The position numbers were made by a program, and so were the translations under genes. Of a stretch of DNA of 60,832 nucleotides, positions 1-12,255 are shown piece by piece. Source of the stretch: Octopus bimaculoides (taxonomy: Eukaryota); the NCBI RefSeq assembly GCF_001194135.2, contig NC_069007.1, positions 21,830,111-21,890,942 on the forward strand. The letters are read 5' to 3'. Each line of letters opens with the position of its first letter. Within the stretch, counting starts at the first letter, position 1. Below the pieces are notes generated by a model that ran no database searches, was not told the DNA's origin, and was given only the letters and a program-made list of their open reading frames with translations.

Positions 1-36
<36 letters not shown>

Positions 37-401
37 GTATATATTTTCGTTATGTACTGTGGATATTCTTAGATCAACCATGTACTTGACTACTGTTGTA
101 TTGTCAACCGTTGAAGTATGAAGGGCAGAGTTGGCCCCAGCAAGATTTCAACTTGAAGGGTGGAAGAGGCCTAAGAAAAAATACCTCAAGGCATGCCATT
201 CAGTACTTTACCAATTCTGCCTAGTCACTGCCTTGTATGCATGTGTGCGAGTTTATATATGTATATGTATGTGTGTGTGTGTGTGTGTGTAAAATAATAA
301 TCATTTCATAATTATAACAACATTAACAAGATCATTAATAATGATTGAACTTAATGAGTTTGGGGCAAGGAAAGGTGTTGACAAAACACATACACATATA
401 C

Positions 402-450
<49 letters not shown>

Positions 451-822
451 GACAAAGTTTCAAAAATTCATAACAACAGGTTTTTTAAAACAGAAAATTT
501 ATAGTCGGAGAGGAAGGTCAAAAATAGGGACTTTGCAACGTTTGCTTTTCCCTCTGGTGCCGGAGGGGTGGGGCATGGCATGAGATAAGTGAAGTAGTTT
601 CAACTGGGAATTGAAACCTTTCTCATGAACGCAAATCACAGCACCCACCACAATAAAAGTAATAGTAATAATGATAATAATAATAATAATAATAGTAATA
701 ATAACAATAGTAATAATGAAAATATAAAAACAATTCACACAAACATACACACACACACACACGTATGTGTACATATCCACACATACACACACAAAAACAG
801 AAAGCAAATGAAAAAGACAATG

Positions 823-867
<45 letters not shown>

Positions 868-2290
868 CACAACTTCCAAAAGAAAGTTCGAATTGTGTTG
901 TCATCACAAATCGAATGTGTGTGTGTGGGTGTGTGTGAATTGTTACAGTCCAAATTCAACATNNNNNNNNNNNNNNNNNNNNNNNNNNNNNNNNNNNNNN
1001 NNNNNNNNNNNNNNNNNNNNNNNNNNNNNNNNNNNNNNNNNNNNNNNNNNNNNNNNNNNNNNNNNNNNNNNNNNNNNNNNNNNNNNNNNNNNNNNNNNNN
1101 NNNNNNNNNNNNNNNNNNNNNNNNNNNNNNNNNNNNNNNNNNNNNNNNNNNNNNNNNNNNNNNNNNNNNNNNNNNNNNNNNNNNNNNNNNNNNNNNNNNN
1201 NNNNNNNNNNNNNNNNNNNNNNNNNNNNNNNNNNNNNNNNNNNNNNNNNNNNNNNNNNNNNNNNNNNNNNNNNNNNNNNNNNNNNNNNNNNNNNNNNNNN
1301 NNNNNNNNNNNNNNNNNNNNNNNNNNNNNNNNNNNNNNNNNNNNNNNNNNNNNNNNNNNNNNNNNNNNNNNNNNNNNNNNNNNNNNNNNNNNNNNNNNNN
1401 NNNNNNNNNNNNNNNNNNNNNNNNNNNNNNNNNNNNNNNNNNNNNNNNNNNNNNNNNNNNNNNNNNNNNNNNNNNNNNNNNNNNNNNNNNNNNNNNNNNN
1501 NNNNNNNNNNNNNNNNNNNNNNNNNNNNNNNNNNNNNNNNNNNNNNNNNNNNNNNNNNNNNNNNNNNNNNNNNNNNNNNNNNNNNNNNNNNNNNNNNNNN
1601 NNNNNNNNNNNNNNNNNNNNNNNNNNNNNNNNNNNNNNNNNNNNNNNNNNNNNNNNNNNNNNNNNNNNNNNNNNNNNNNNNNNNNNNNNNNNNNNNNNNN
1701 NNNNNNNNNNNNNNNNNNNNNNNNNNNNNNNNNNNNNNNNNNNNNNNNNNNNNNNNNNNNNNNNNNNNNNNNNNNNNNNNNNNNNNNNNNNNNNNNNNNN
1801 NNNNNNNNNNNNNNNNNNNNNNNNNNNNNNNNNNNNNNNNNNNNNNNNNNNNNNNNNNNNNNNNNNNNNNNNNNNNNNNNNNNNNNNNNNNNNNNNNNNN
1901 NNNNNNNNNNNNNNNNNNNNNNNNNNNNNNNNNNNNNNNNNNNNNNNNNNNNNNATATCAGAGTTGCTACTTTCATCTTCATCTTCAAATTTCTTTTTCA
2001 TTAATAAAAGACAAAAAAAAGTGCTTCAGTTTTTCTTTGAAACATTGTTTCCATTTATGTTCTGGCTTTGAGGATAAAGAGACAATTCTCTTTTTCTTTT
2101 ACAAATTTATATACATAATTATGTATATGTATATACATATACACACACGTATATATATACATACACGTATATATATACATACATATATATATATACATAC
2201 ATACATAATCAATATTTCCATTTCACATGTTTTGTCTCCTGAAATATTCGCAGTAAACTTCAACATTGCATGAGGTCAGTCAAATTGTTG

Positions 2291-2320
2291 TTACATCAGA
2301 GTCAAATTGCCTTTTTTCCT
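2291..2320 (-). CDS. Possible terminal coding exon (RKKGNLTLM* if phase 0)
   Basis: Very strong acceptor (T21 followed by gccatttcag|). No homology support, and upstream gaps could hide the true last exon. Confidence 0.25.
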   Translation of the reverse strand, partial: RKKGNLTLM

Positions 2321-5300
2321 CTGAAATGGCAAAAAAAAAAAAAAAAAAAAAGATAAATAAATAACATAAAACAAAAATCAATAATATATTCAAGAAATGC
2401 CAAACATCATCATCATCATCGTCGTCATTATGAACTGACTATATTTGCCTCTCAGTATTCCTGTGTTTTAACAAGTGAGTAGAATCTAACAAAGCCTTTA
2501 TCTTTTGTGTGAGAGAGAAAGAGAGGTGACAGGTTCAAAAGCAGTCATGAGCATACTATGGCCCATGGGGCTTTCTGAAAGGCATGCATAACAAACATTA
2601 AAAAAAAATTACCCGACATTTTGGTAACAGTGTGGGCCTGGTTGGTGATAAGCATGTCTCATATGACCTGCTCCTTGAAAAAGATTGCCTGAGTCTGCTC
2701 TAGGCAAAAATAACAGCCCCACTAAACTAACAACCCCTACTTTCTCTCAGATGAAAGGTAAGCTTACACTTCTGACTAATTAAACTCCTTGATAAATTAA
2801 TTACTACCAATTTCCACTATTTCTAAAATTTGCTTTTAAGTTGGAATTTCTCAAAAGGGGTCTTTTAATAAAATTTAATAGAAATATACTTATATAAATC
2901 CTCAACATCATTGCTTTGGTGTCCCCTTTTGTATACCTATTTGAGTCAGAGGGAATTTTGTTGAGACGGATTTTCTACAGCTGGATGCTTTTGCTGTCAC
3001 CAGCCTTCACCTGTTTCTAGGCAACATTTCCCTCATGATCAGATGCAGAGGGTTGGAAATGTAGGACACCACTCGTAAGACACTGACACTCATCATCATC
3101 GTTTAACATCCGCCTTCCATGCTGGCATGGGTTAGATGATTTGACTGAGGATTGGTGGACCAGACGGCTGCACCAGGCTCCAATCTGATTTGGCAGAGTT
3201 TCTCCAGCTGGATGCCCTTCCTAACGCCAACCACTGTGCAATGTGCAAGGTGGGATTTGAGGGAGTTCTGACAGCTAGTTCTAGTGGGTCAACCGCATAT
3301 ACAATCACTGTTCCTTCTTTAGTTCTGACCGATCTGAAGGGAGTAAAATGTGTCACTAAGTGTCCCTGATTGAGTTCTCAAGTTTCTTTACAAATGACAA
3401 AAAACTCAATGCTGCATGCCCAGGCTGGAACCTTTCCCCAAAGATAAAACAAAAAACGGAAAGCAATAATGANNNNNNNNNNNNNNNNNNNNNNNNNNNN
3501 NNNNNNNNNNNNNNNNNNNNNNNNNNNNNNNNNNNNNNNNNNNNNNNNNNNNNNNNNNNNNNNNNNNNNNNNNNNNNNNNNNNNNNNNNNNNNNNNNNNN
3601 NNNNNNNNNNNNNNNNNNNNNNNNNNNNNNNNNNNNNNNNNNNNNNNNNNNNNNNNNNNNNNNNNNNNNNNNNNNNNNNNNNNNNNNNNNNNNNNNNNNN
3701 NNNNNNNNNNNNNNNNNNNNNNNNNNNNNNNNNNNNNNNNNNNNNNNNNNNNNNNNNNNNNNNNNNNNNNNNNNNNNNNNNNNNNNNNNNNNNNNNNNNN
3801 NNNNNNNNNNNNNNNNNNNNNNNNNNNNNNNNNNNNNNNNNNNNNNNNNNNNNNNNNNNNNNNNNNNNNNNNNNNNNNNNNNNNNNNNNNNNNNNNNNNN
3901 NNNNNNNNNNNNNNNNNNNNNNNNNNNNNNNNNNNNNNNNNNNNNNNNNNNNNNNNNNNNNNNNNNNNNNNNNNNNNNNNNNNNNNNNNNNNNNNNNNNN
4001 NNNNNNNNNNNNNNNNNNNNNNNNNNNNNNNNNNNNNNNNNNNNNNNNNNNNNNNNNNNNNNNNNNNNNNNNNNNNNNNNNNNNNNNNNNNNNNNNNNNN
4101 NNNNNNNNNNNNNNNNNNNNNNNNNNNNNNNNNNNNNNNNNNNNNNNNNNNNNNNNNNNNNNNNNNNNNNNNNNNNNNNNNNNNNNNNNNNNNNNNNNNN
4201 NNNNNNNNNNNNNNNNNNNNNNNNNNNNNNNNNNNNNNNNNNNNNNNNNNNNNNNNNNNNNNNNNNNNNNNNNNNNNNNNNNNNNNNNNNNNNNNNNNNN
4301 NNNNNNNNNNNNNNNNNNNNNNNNNNNNNNNNNNNNNNNNNNNNNNNNNNNNNNNNNNNNNNNNNNNNNNNNNNNNNNNNNNNNNNNNNNNNNNNNNNNN
4401 NNNNNNNNNNNNNNNNNNNNNNNNNNNNNTTCTTTCAGTTTCTGTCTTCCAAATCCACCCACAAGGCTTTGGTTGGCCCAAGGGTATAGTGGGGAAAGAA
4501 GTGGGGGGGGGGGGAGAGCTTGTGAGTCAATAATTTATCTCATCTCATTTCATGACATCAAACAAATATTGAGAACTGTTATTTTAGGTTAAAAATGATT
4601 TCTTATTCAATACTGGAATGTGAAGAAATCACTGCAAACGAGACATGCCAATGGCTCTGTTTAGAATGGTAGCACTGACCATAATAATAAAGAGTTTCCT
4701 TTGCCTGCAGTCACAGTCAACTGGTTTTTAAGGAGGTTCTATATGGTACAGTTTGTTGATTTTACCTCAGTGAGGTTCCTATAGAGAAACATGTCAGATC
4801 AAACTAGTTTCTACAAAGCATCTAAACTGAAACACATTCTACTAATATTCCCAATAGTAATAATAACAATAATAATCTTTTTTTTTGTTTTTGCTATAGG
4901 CACAAGGCCTGAAATTTTGGGGGAGGAGTTAAGTCAATTCTACTCAGCCTGAAGAGACTTCTAACTGGGTCCCAACTGCAAGGTCATGTGCTGTTTATCT
5001 TGATATGAGGTCACCACGTTGCACACACATGGTTGTGATGCATGTGCCTACTGTACCCTCATCAGACGAGTAGTCACGATGGGATTACTGGGCTTTGTAT
5101 GTTCGCGTCTCAGTGTCACTGTGATGGCATCCATTGCTCTCTCACTCAATAATAATAATAATAATAATAATAATCCTTTCTACTATAGACACAAGCCTTG
5201 AAATTTGAGAGGAGGGGTGAGTTGGTTACACAACTCCAGTACCTGATTGGCGTTTTATTAACCCTGAAAGGATAAAATACAAAGTCAACTTTAGCAGAAC

Positions 5301-6377
5301 TTAAACTCAGAATGTAAAGAGGATTGAAATGCTGCTAGGCATTTTGTCTGCTGTGCTAATGGTTCTGCCAGCTTTTGCCTTATTATAATTAATTCTTTCT
5401 GCTATAGGTACAAGGTCTGAAATTTTGTGAGTGAGGGTCATATTAATAATAACAGAAATGATTTCAAATTTTGGCATAAGGCCAGGAATTTCAAGGGTAG
5501 AGGTTAATCGATTACATCGACTCCCCCCACCCCACCCCAGTATTCAACTGGTACTTATTTTATTGACCCCTTCCCCCAAAGTTGACTTTGGTGGGATTTG
5601 AACTCAGAACACAGAGAATCAGAAGAAATACTGGTCACCATATTCTCTGCCTTTAATGGTTTTCAATTTTTTGGCACAAAAGCATGGATACCATTGTGAA
5701 TGTCTTACTACAACATAGAACCAGGCATGTTCTCAGATCATTTCATTGAAATAGGGGTCCATTCAGCTGGTAAAATTGAGTTGTACCTGTATTTCAAGGG
5801 GCCAGCCTCGTCACATTGTGTGTCACTGTGAATCTCTCTGAGAACTACACTAAGAGAATACACTACACGTCCGTGGGGTGCTCAGCCATTTGCATGTTAA
5901 TTTCATGAGGAAGCTGTTCCATTGGCACAGTCCACCTTGGCAGGTGAAAGGATGCAAGGAAGGATGTTCTACAAACAACCAAACAGTTAAGAAATTTTTT
6001 TTTATCATTACAATCACTCGTGATCAATAAAGTTATTGATTTTAGTTTTCCGATGGATCATTCATGGGTTCATAGTGTTGGTGGGTTTATGTCTCCGTAA
6101 CTTAGCAGTTCGGTAAAAGAGACCAATAGAATAAGTACCAGGCTTAAAAGTATAAGCACTGGGGTCGACTGAAATTCTTCAAAGCAGTGCCCCAGCATGG
6201 CCGTAGTCAAATGACTGGAACAAAGGCTAAAAGATGCAATGAACACTGTAACTAGGTGTTCTTTTGGGTGCCACTCTACAAGTCCCACTGTGCCACAGCT
6301 GTTGACATTCAGAAAATTTGAAAGAACAAATTAAAAAGAAAAAGAGAACAGAAAAATTTGTGGAGGGTGACACATAC

Positions 6378-6461
6378 CTCAACGGGGACTGTTTGTACAA
6401 CAGTGCCACCTTGTGGCTGATAAGGGATTTGAGTATAAGTTGCATGAGGCCCAGAGACGTA
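6378..6461 (-). CDS. RBMS: RBMS/shep exon (YVSGPHATYTQIPYQPQGGTVVQTVPVE)
   Basis: Acceptor tatgttttctatttacag| and donor gag|gtatgt; 84 nt, phase 0 to 0. Ends in VPVE like the RBMS penultimate coding segment. Confidence 0.85.
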
Positions 6462-7832
6462 CTGTAAATAGAAAACATAATCAGAATTGATCTGATGGAG
6501 TAAACCTGTCACGGTAAACAAACAGAGCAAAAAATGATATTATTTTCTAGACATTTGCCAAAAGTGTTTAAGATAAAAAGGGCTTTGATGGAAACAGCAA
6601 AGAACTGGTTGACAAGTTATTTTCTATGTCTCAGAAATGTTTAACCATTTAGCATCATCATCCCTTAACGCCTGCTTTCCATGCTGCCATGGGCTGGATG
6701 CTGGACATGGAGCTGTCCAGACTCCGACTGTCTGTTGTGGCATGGTTGCCATGACTGGATGCCCTTCCTCATGCCAGTCACTTAGCAGATTGCGCTGGGT
6801 GCTTTTTACGTGCCACCAGCATGGATGTGTTTATGCAGCAGTGGCACAGGTGTTTTTTAAGTGGCACCTGAAAAGGACAAGCCTGTATCTGTGGATGACA
6901 GTGATTTTACTTAACATGACATGTCTTATCAAGTACAGCCAATTGCCACATCTTCTGGGTCCTTGTGAGGTCCAGCAGCTGAAGACCCTTTCTTACCACT
7001 CTGTACCACGTCTTCCTGGGTCTACCCCTTCCACAGGTACCCTCCACTTTAATGCTTATTTATTCAGACTGTTTTGAAATAATCATGCATTATCTCGTAG
7101 CTTCAAGATTTCAGTGATGTTATTGTTTATTTTTAGAATGACATTGTAGGGTAAGTGTGAAAGGCCAGATCTGGCCAGTTTGAACGTCTGACATTCTCTG
7201 AGGCAGATCCAGCTAGTTTCCTTGAATGTTTCCTAAGCCAGGATGAGACAAAGACCATCCATGCTGTGGAAATGCCCCCTCCTCGCCTGTCCAAGGGTCA
7301 AGGTCATTTCATCTGCAGGAAAGGGGACGGCCTTAGATTTTTGGGGATGCAGAGGATGTTGTGTTTATTGACTATCTTCAAAAGGGCCACAGCATCAATG
7401 GAGAGTGCCATGCCAACATGCTGAGGCAGTTACAAAAGGCTATCACGACCAAATGCCCAGGAAAGCTGGTTCCGGGTTCAGTCCCACCGAATGACAGCTT
7501 GGGCAAATGTCTTCCACTATAGACTTGGGTCGACCACAGCCTTGGGAGTGGATTTGGTAGAAGGAAACTGCAAGAAGTCTGTCATATATATATGGGTGTG
7601 TGTGTGTAAGTGTTTGCTTGATAACCAGTGTCGGTTTGTTTATGTCCCTGTAACTTGGTGGTTCAGCAAAAAGAGATCAACAAAATAAGTACCAGGCTTT
7701 ACAATGAATATATAAGAACTGAGGTTGATTCATTTGACTAAAATTCTGCAAGGCAGTGCCCCAGCCTGGCTGCAGTCTAATGACTGAAACAAGTAGAAAA
7801 GAAAAGAGAGAAAAGATGTCTGGTTTGCCTAC

Positions 7833-7937
7833 CGAAGTGCTGGACAATTGTAGTTGTCCCATCTGGGTTGTGAGGGTCGGCATTACAGAAGTGGGGTCAA
7901 GAGTGTGACTTCCAGGGTGTACGGTATTTGGGATCAT
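7833..7937 (-). CDS. RBMS: RBMS/shep exon (MIPNTVHPGSHTLDPTSVMPTLTTQMGQLQLSSTS)
   Basis: Long pyrimidine tract then gcctgcctccag|, donor tcg|gtaggc; 105 nt, phase 0 to 0. Resembles the RBMS segment 'L..QMSHLSLG'. Confidence 0.85.
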
Positions 7938-9054
7938 CTGGAGGCAGGCAATGGAGATGAAAACAAAGTAGATATAACAAAGAAAGAAAAAACAAAGATA
8001 CATAAATACATACCCCCCACCTCTCATGCTTTTGCTTGAAGGGGCTGGGGTCATCCCAGTTTAATGTTCTGAGACGCATCATCATATGTAAAACCAATCA
8101 ATTTCTTCTGGTTGGTGCCACAAATGAATCGAGGGTTCTTCTGGGTGGGCTGTTAGCCCTCCGCAGAATAGCTGGATGATGGGGCTGCTGTCTTGGCAAC
8201 AAACCAATGCACCACGGGTCAGCGTTAGTCTGGAAAGTCCCCAGGGAAACCGGTCCACTTACGGTGGCCCTAACACGATCAAAGGTCTAGATGGTAATGC
8301 TCTCTCAGATCTAGGGTATTATATTCATGTCCCCTCTCCATAACAAGGCCAGATCCACTATATGTATTCATATATACACACCCTCTTCCAAACATAATAA
8401 TTGTCAGCTGTTTGACCTTAATCAGTTGAGCAAGTCCCTTAGTGGCTGACAATATGTGCATCTCTGATCACGAGCAGAAGTAGTGGGGGAGCATCATAGC
8501 CATGTGTTGAGAGGAATTCTTTGGAGTTTGAATAATAATTCACTCCTGGAAACATGTATTATTTTCATATTCACAAATTTATGCCTGTAAACTACCAGCA
8601 AAATATGGAGAATCTATATTAGAAATCTTCTTTTGGAAACCTCCAAATTAAAGGATGCATCTAATTCAACCTTTCCACACACACAGACACACACATATAC
8701 ATATACAGGACAGATTCTCTTGTTATGAGCAACAAATGAGGATTCAGTAAAATAAAGTGGTAAAATCATGTTCTAAGGATACAAATGTGTCTCCTGAAGG
8801 CTGCTGTGTGTGTTTTTGTGTCTGTGTTTGTCAACCAGTGTTAGTGTGTTTACATCCCCAAGCACCATAGCAGTTTGGCAAAAAAGATTGATAGAATAAG
8901 AACCAGACTTACAAAAAAAAAAAAAGGGAAAATAAATATGCTTGGGTACAAGGCACAGCCCCTGAATGGCCACTGCCCCTGAATGGCCACTGCCCCTGAA
9001 TGGCTGCTGTCCAAAGACTTAAACAAGCAAAAGAGTAGATGGTCATATACTTAC

Positions 9055-9244
9055 ATGCGCAATGGGTGGCATGATATACTGTGGGTGGTGCATCCAGCCA
9101 GGGTTAGTGGACTGTACTTGGTATGTGGTGACTGGGGTGGTGGACATGGAGTACCTAGGCATTATCCCTGCTGGAATCATCGCTGTGGCAACTGCTCCAC
9201 CTCCGCCTGCTGCTGCTGCCCCCCCAGGGGGCGCGGCCCCCACA
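9055..9244 (-). CDS. RBMS: RBMS/shep C-terminal low-complexity exon (VGAAPPGGAAAAGGGGAVATAMIPAGIMPRYSMSTTPVTTYQVQSTNPGWMHHPQYIMPPIAH); may extend to 9270
   Basis: ORF 9043-9270. Acceptor gtctttatctgccttacag| and donor cat|gtaagt. PVTTYQVQS..WM..PQYI resembles the vertebrate RBMS C-terminal segment. Confidence 0.85.
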
Positions 9245-11173
9245 CTGTAAGGCAGATAAAGACTGTACATCTATAAGCATGTGTCACTCCATCAACCATG
9301 AAAATGATTGAGAGACACAATAATAACAGGAGAAAGACAGACAACATTGCAAAGAGATAGAGAGAGATAGACAAATAGATAGATACATAGAGAGAGAGAG
9401 AGAGAGAAGGTTGTGAGAGACGAAGAAGGGTGAATAAGCAATAAGAACAGTGTATTCTGACACAAGGCCAGCAGTTCTGAGAGAAGGGACAAGTCACATG
9501 ACCAAAGCACTCTACTAATTCTGTTGATCTTCGAAAGGATGAAATGCCAGGACAACCTTCAGGTATTTGAACTCAGAAAGTAAAAACTGAATGAAATGCT
9601 GTTAAACATTTCTTCTGGCTTTTCACAGGCAGGTAATTTCTGCCAGCTACCTTAATAATAATAATAATAATAATATTATCATCAGATGTCGACAACACCA
9701 TCTGAGTGTTCAGCTTTTGCCAAACGACCATCACAAATAACACTTACTGTCCAAAGACAGAAAAAACAAAAAAAAAAACACAATGAAAATTTTGTTCTAT
9801 GGTGTTGTTATCTTTGTTGTCAGTGACAAGAATATANNNNNNNNNNNNNNNNNNNNNNNNNNNNNNNNNNNNNNNNNNNNNNNNNNNNNNNNNNNNNNNN
9901 NNNNNNNNNNNNNNNNNNNNNNNNNNNNNNNNNNNNNNNNNNNNNNNNNNNNNNNNNNNNNNNNNNNNNNNNNNNNNNNNNNNNNNNNNNNNNNNNNNNN
10001 NNNNNNNNNNNNNNNNNNNNNNNNNNNNNNNNNNNNNNNNNNNNNNNNNNNNNNNNNNNNNNNNNNNNNNNNNNNNNNNNNNNNNNNNNNNNNNNNNNNN
10101 NNNNNNNNNNNNNNNNNNNNNNNNNNNNNNNNNNNNNNNNNNNNNNNNNNNNNNNNNNNNNNNNNNNNNNNNNNNNNNNNNNNNNNNNNNNNNNNNNNNN
10201 NNNNNNNNNNNNNNNNNNNNNNNNNNNNNNNNNNNNNNNNNNNNNNNNNNNNNNNNNNNNNNNNNNNNNNNNNNNNNNNNNNNNNNNNNNNNNNNNNNNN
10301 NNNNNNNNNNNNNNNNNNNNNNNNNNNNNNNNNNNNNNNNNNNNNNNNNNNNNNNNNNNNNNNNNNNNNNNNNNNNNNNNNNNNNNNNNNNNNNNNNNNN
10401 NNNNNNNNNNNNNNNNNNNNNNNNNNNNNNNNNNNNNNNNNNNNNNNNNNNNNNNNNNNNNNNNNNNNNNNNNNNNNNNNNNNNNNNNNNNNNNNNNNNN
10501 NNNNNNNNNNNNNNNNNNNNNNNNNNNNNNNNNNNNNNNNNNNNNNNNNATAATAATAAAACTATATATATATATATATAACAAACATACACATGCATAA
10601 ATATATAAACATACACATATGTATGTATATGTATGTATGCATATGTGTGTGTGTTAATATATATTTAAAACAAACAGACGAATCAACTATGAAAAACAAT
10701 ACAAAATGTAAAACAAACAAAAACAAAACTAATTAAAGTTGTTAAGTTAAAATGTGGAAAACCTTTTAATGTTAAATATAAAGTGGTTAAGCTAATAAAA
10801 CAATATGGTTGTAACATGTAAATTTAAGGAGTCTGTTGCTCTTCACAACAGTGTGTTTGGCTCACAGTCATAAGGTCACAAGTTCAATTCCCAGTGGCAC
10901 ATTGTGTCCTTGAGCAAGACACTTTATTCCATGTTGCTCCAGTCCACTCAGCTGGCAAGAAGGAGTTATACCTGTAATTCAATGGGGCCAGCCTTGTCAC
11001 ATTGTGTCGTGCTGAATCTCCCTGAGAAATACGTTAAGAGTACACATGTCTGTGGAGCGCTCAGCCACTTGCATATTAATTTCATGAGCGAGCTATTTTG
11101 TCGATCAGATCAACTGAACCCTCGTCATAGTAACCAACAGAGTTCCAGTTTTAACTCTTTACATAGTCTGCAT

Positions 11174-11968
11174 GGTACCCTAAACCAAGACACTGTACTA
11201 TCCACAGGGTACTCTAAACCAAGACACTGTACTATCTACAGGGTACCCTAAACCAAGACACTGTACTATCCACAGGGTACCCTAAACCAAGACACTGTAC
11301 TATCCACAGGGTACCCTAAACCAAGACACTGTACTATCTNNNNNNNNNNNNNNNNNNNNNNNNNNNNNNNNNNNNNNNNNNNNNNNNNNNNNNNNNNNNN
11401 NNNNNNNNNNNNNNNNNNNNNNNNNNNNNNNNNNNNNNNNNNNNNNNNNNNNNNNNNNNNNNNNNNNNNNNNNNNNNNNNNNNNNNNNNNNNNNNNNNNN
11501 NNNNNNNNNNNNNNNNNNNNNNNNNNNNNNNNNNNNNNNNNNNNNNNNNNNNNNNNNNNNNNNNNNNNNNNNNNNNNNNNNNNNNNNNNNNNNNNNNNNN
11601 NNNNNNNNNNNNNNNNNNNNNNNNNNNNNNNNNNNNNNNNNNNNNNNNNNNNNNNNNNNNNNNNNNNNNNNNNNNNNNNNNNNNNNNTGGTACCCTAAAC
11701 CAAGACACTGTACTATCCACAGGGTACTCTAAACCAAGACACTGTACTATCTACAGGGTACCCTAAACCAAGACACTGTACTATCCACAGGGTACTCTAA
11801 ACCAAGACACTGTACTATCTACAGGGTACTCTAAACCAAGACACTGTACTATCTACAGGGTACCCTAAACCAAGACACTGTACTATCCACAGGGTACCCT
11901 AAACCAAGACACTGTACTATCCACAGGGTACCCTAAACCAAGACACTGTACTATCTACAGGGTACCCT
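11174..11968. repeat. 34-bp minisatellite (ggtac[c/t]ctaaaccaagacactgtactatc[c/t]acag)n, interrupted by an assembly gap
   Basis: Direct tandem copies at a 34-bp period (11174, 11208, ...) on both sides of gap 11340-11687. Confidence 0.97.
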
Positions 11969-12229
11969 AGACTGAAGGACTAGCTTAGATGAAGATTTTT
12001 ATCCTCTTTTACAGTTGATACTGTACATCCCTGACTGTATCTTATACCAAGTCACTCTACCCTCAGCAAAAGTCAGTGTAGTACCCCCATTGAATATAAA
12101 CAATAATAAACAAACAAAAACAATTAACCTCCCCTCCCCCCAGCCACTACCACCAACCTTATTAATTAGTATTAACTCGAACAAGTGAACTGTGGCATCT
12201 AAAGGTCTCTGTTTGGAGAGTCAACCTAC

Positions 12230-12255
12230 CTAAAAATGTTAACATTGCAATATTC
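12230..12255 (-). CDS. RBMS: Candidate 26-nt microexon (EYCNVNIF+S)
   Basis: Strong acceptor ttttatctcttacaaatttccag| and donor tag|gtaggt. Phase 0 to 2 bridges exon 14669 (phase 0) to the acceptor at 9244 (phase 2). Motif and phase evidence only. Confidence 0.5.

Noticed and set aside
625-4592. Long ORFs of 350-460 aa in the track (also at 9744-10616, 26828-27944, 35469-36401)
   Set aside because: They are runs of N translated as X across assembly gaps.
11174-11968. 34-bp repeats resembling a CRISPR array in unit length
   Set aside because: Units are directly adjacent with no unique spacers, there are no cas genes, and the context is a eukaryotic intron.
12040-12110. GGTTLTF, resembling the RBMS 'GMTLTY' segment
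   Set aside because: No AG acceptor upstream of the motif.
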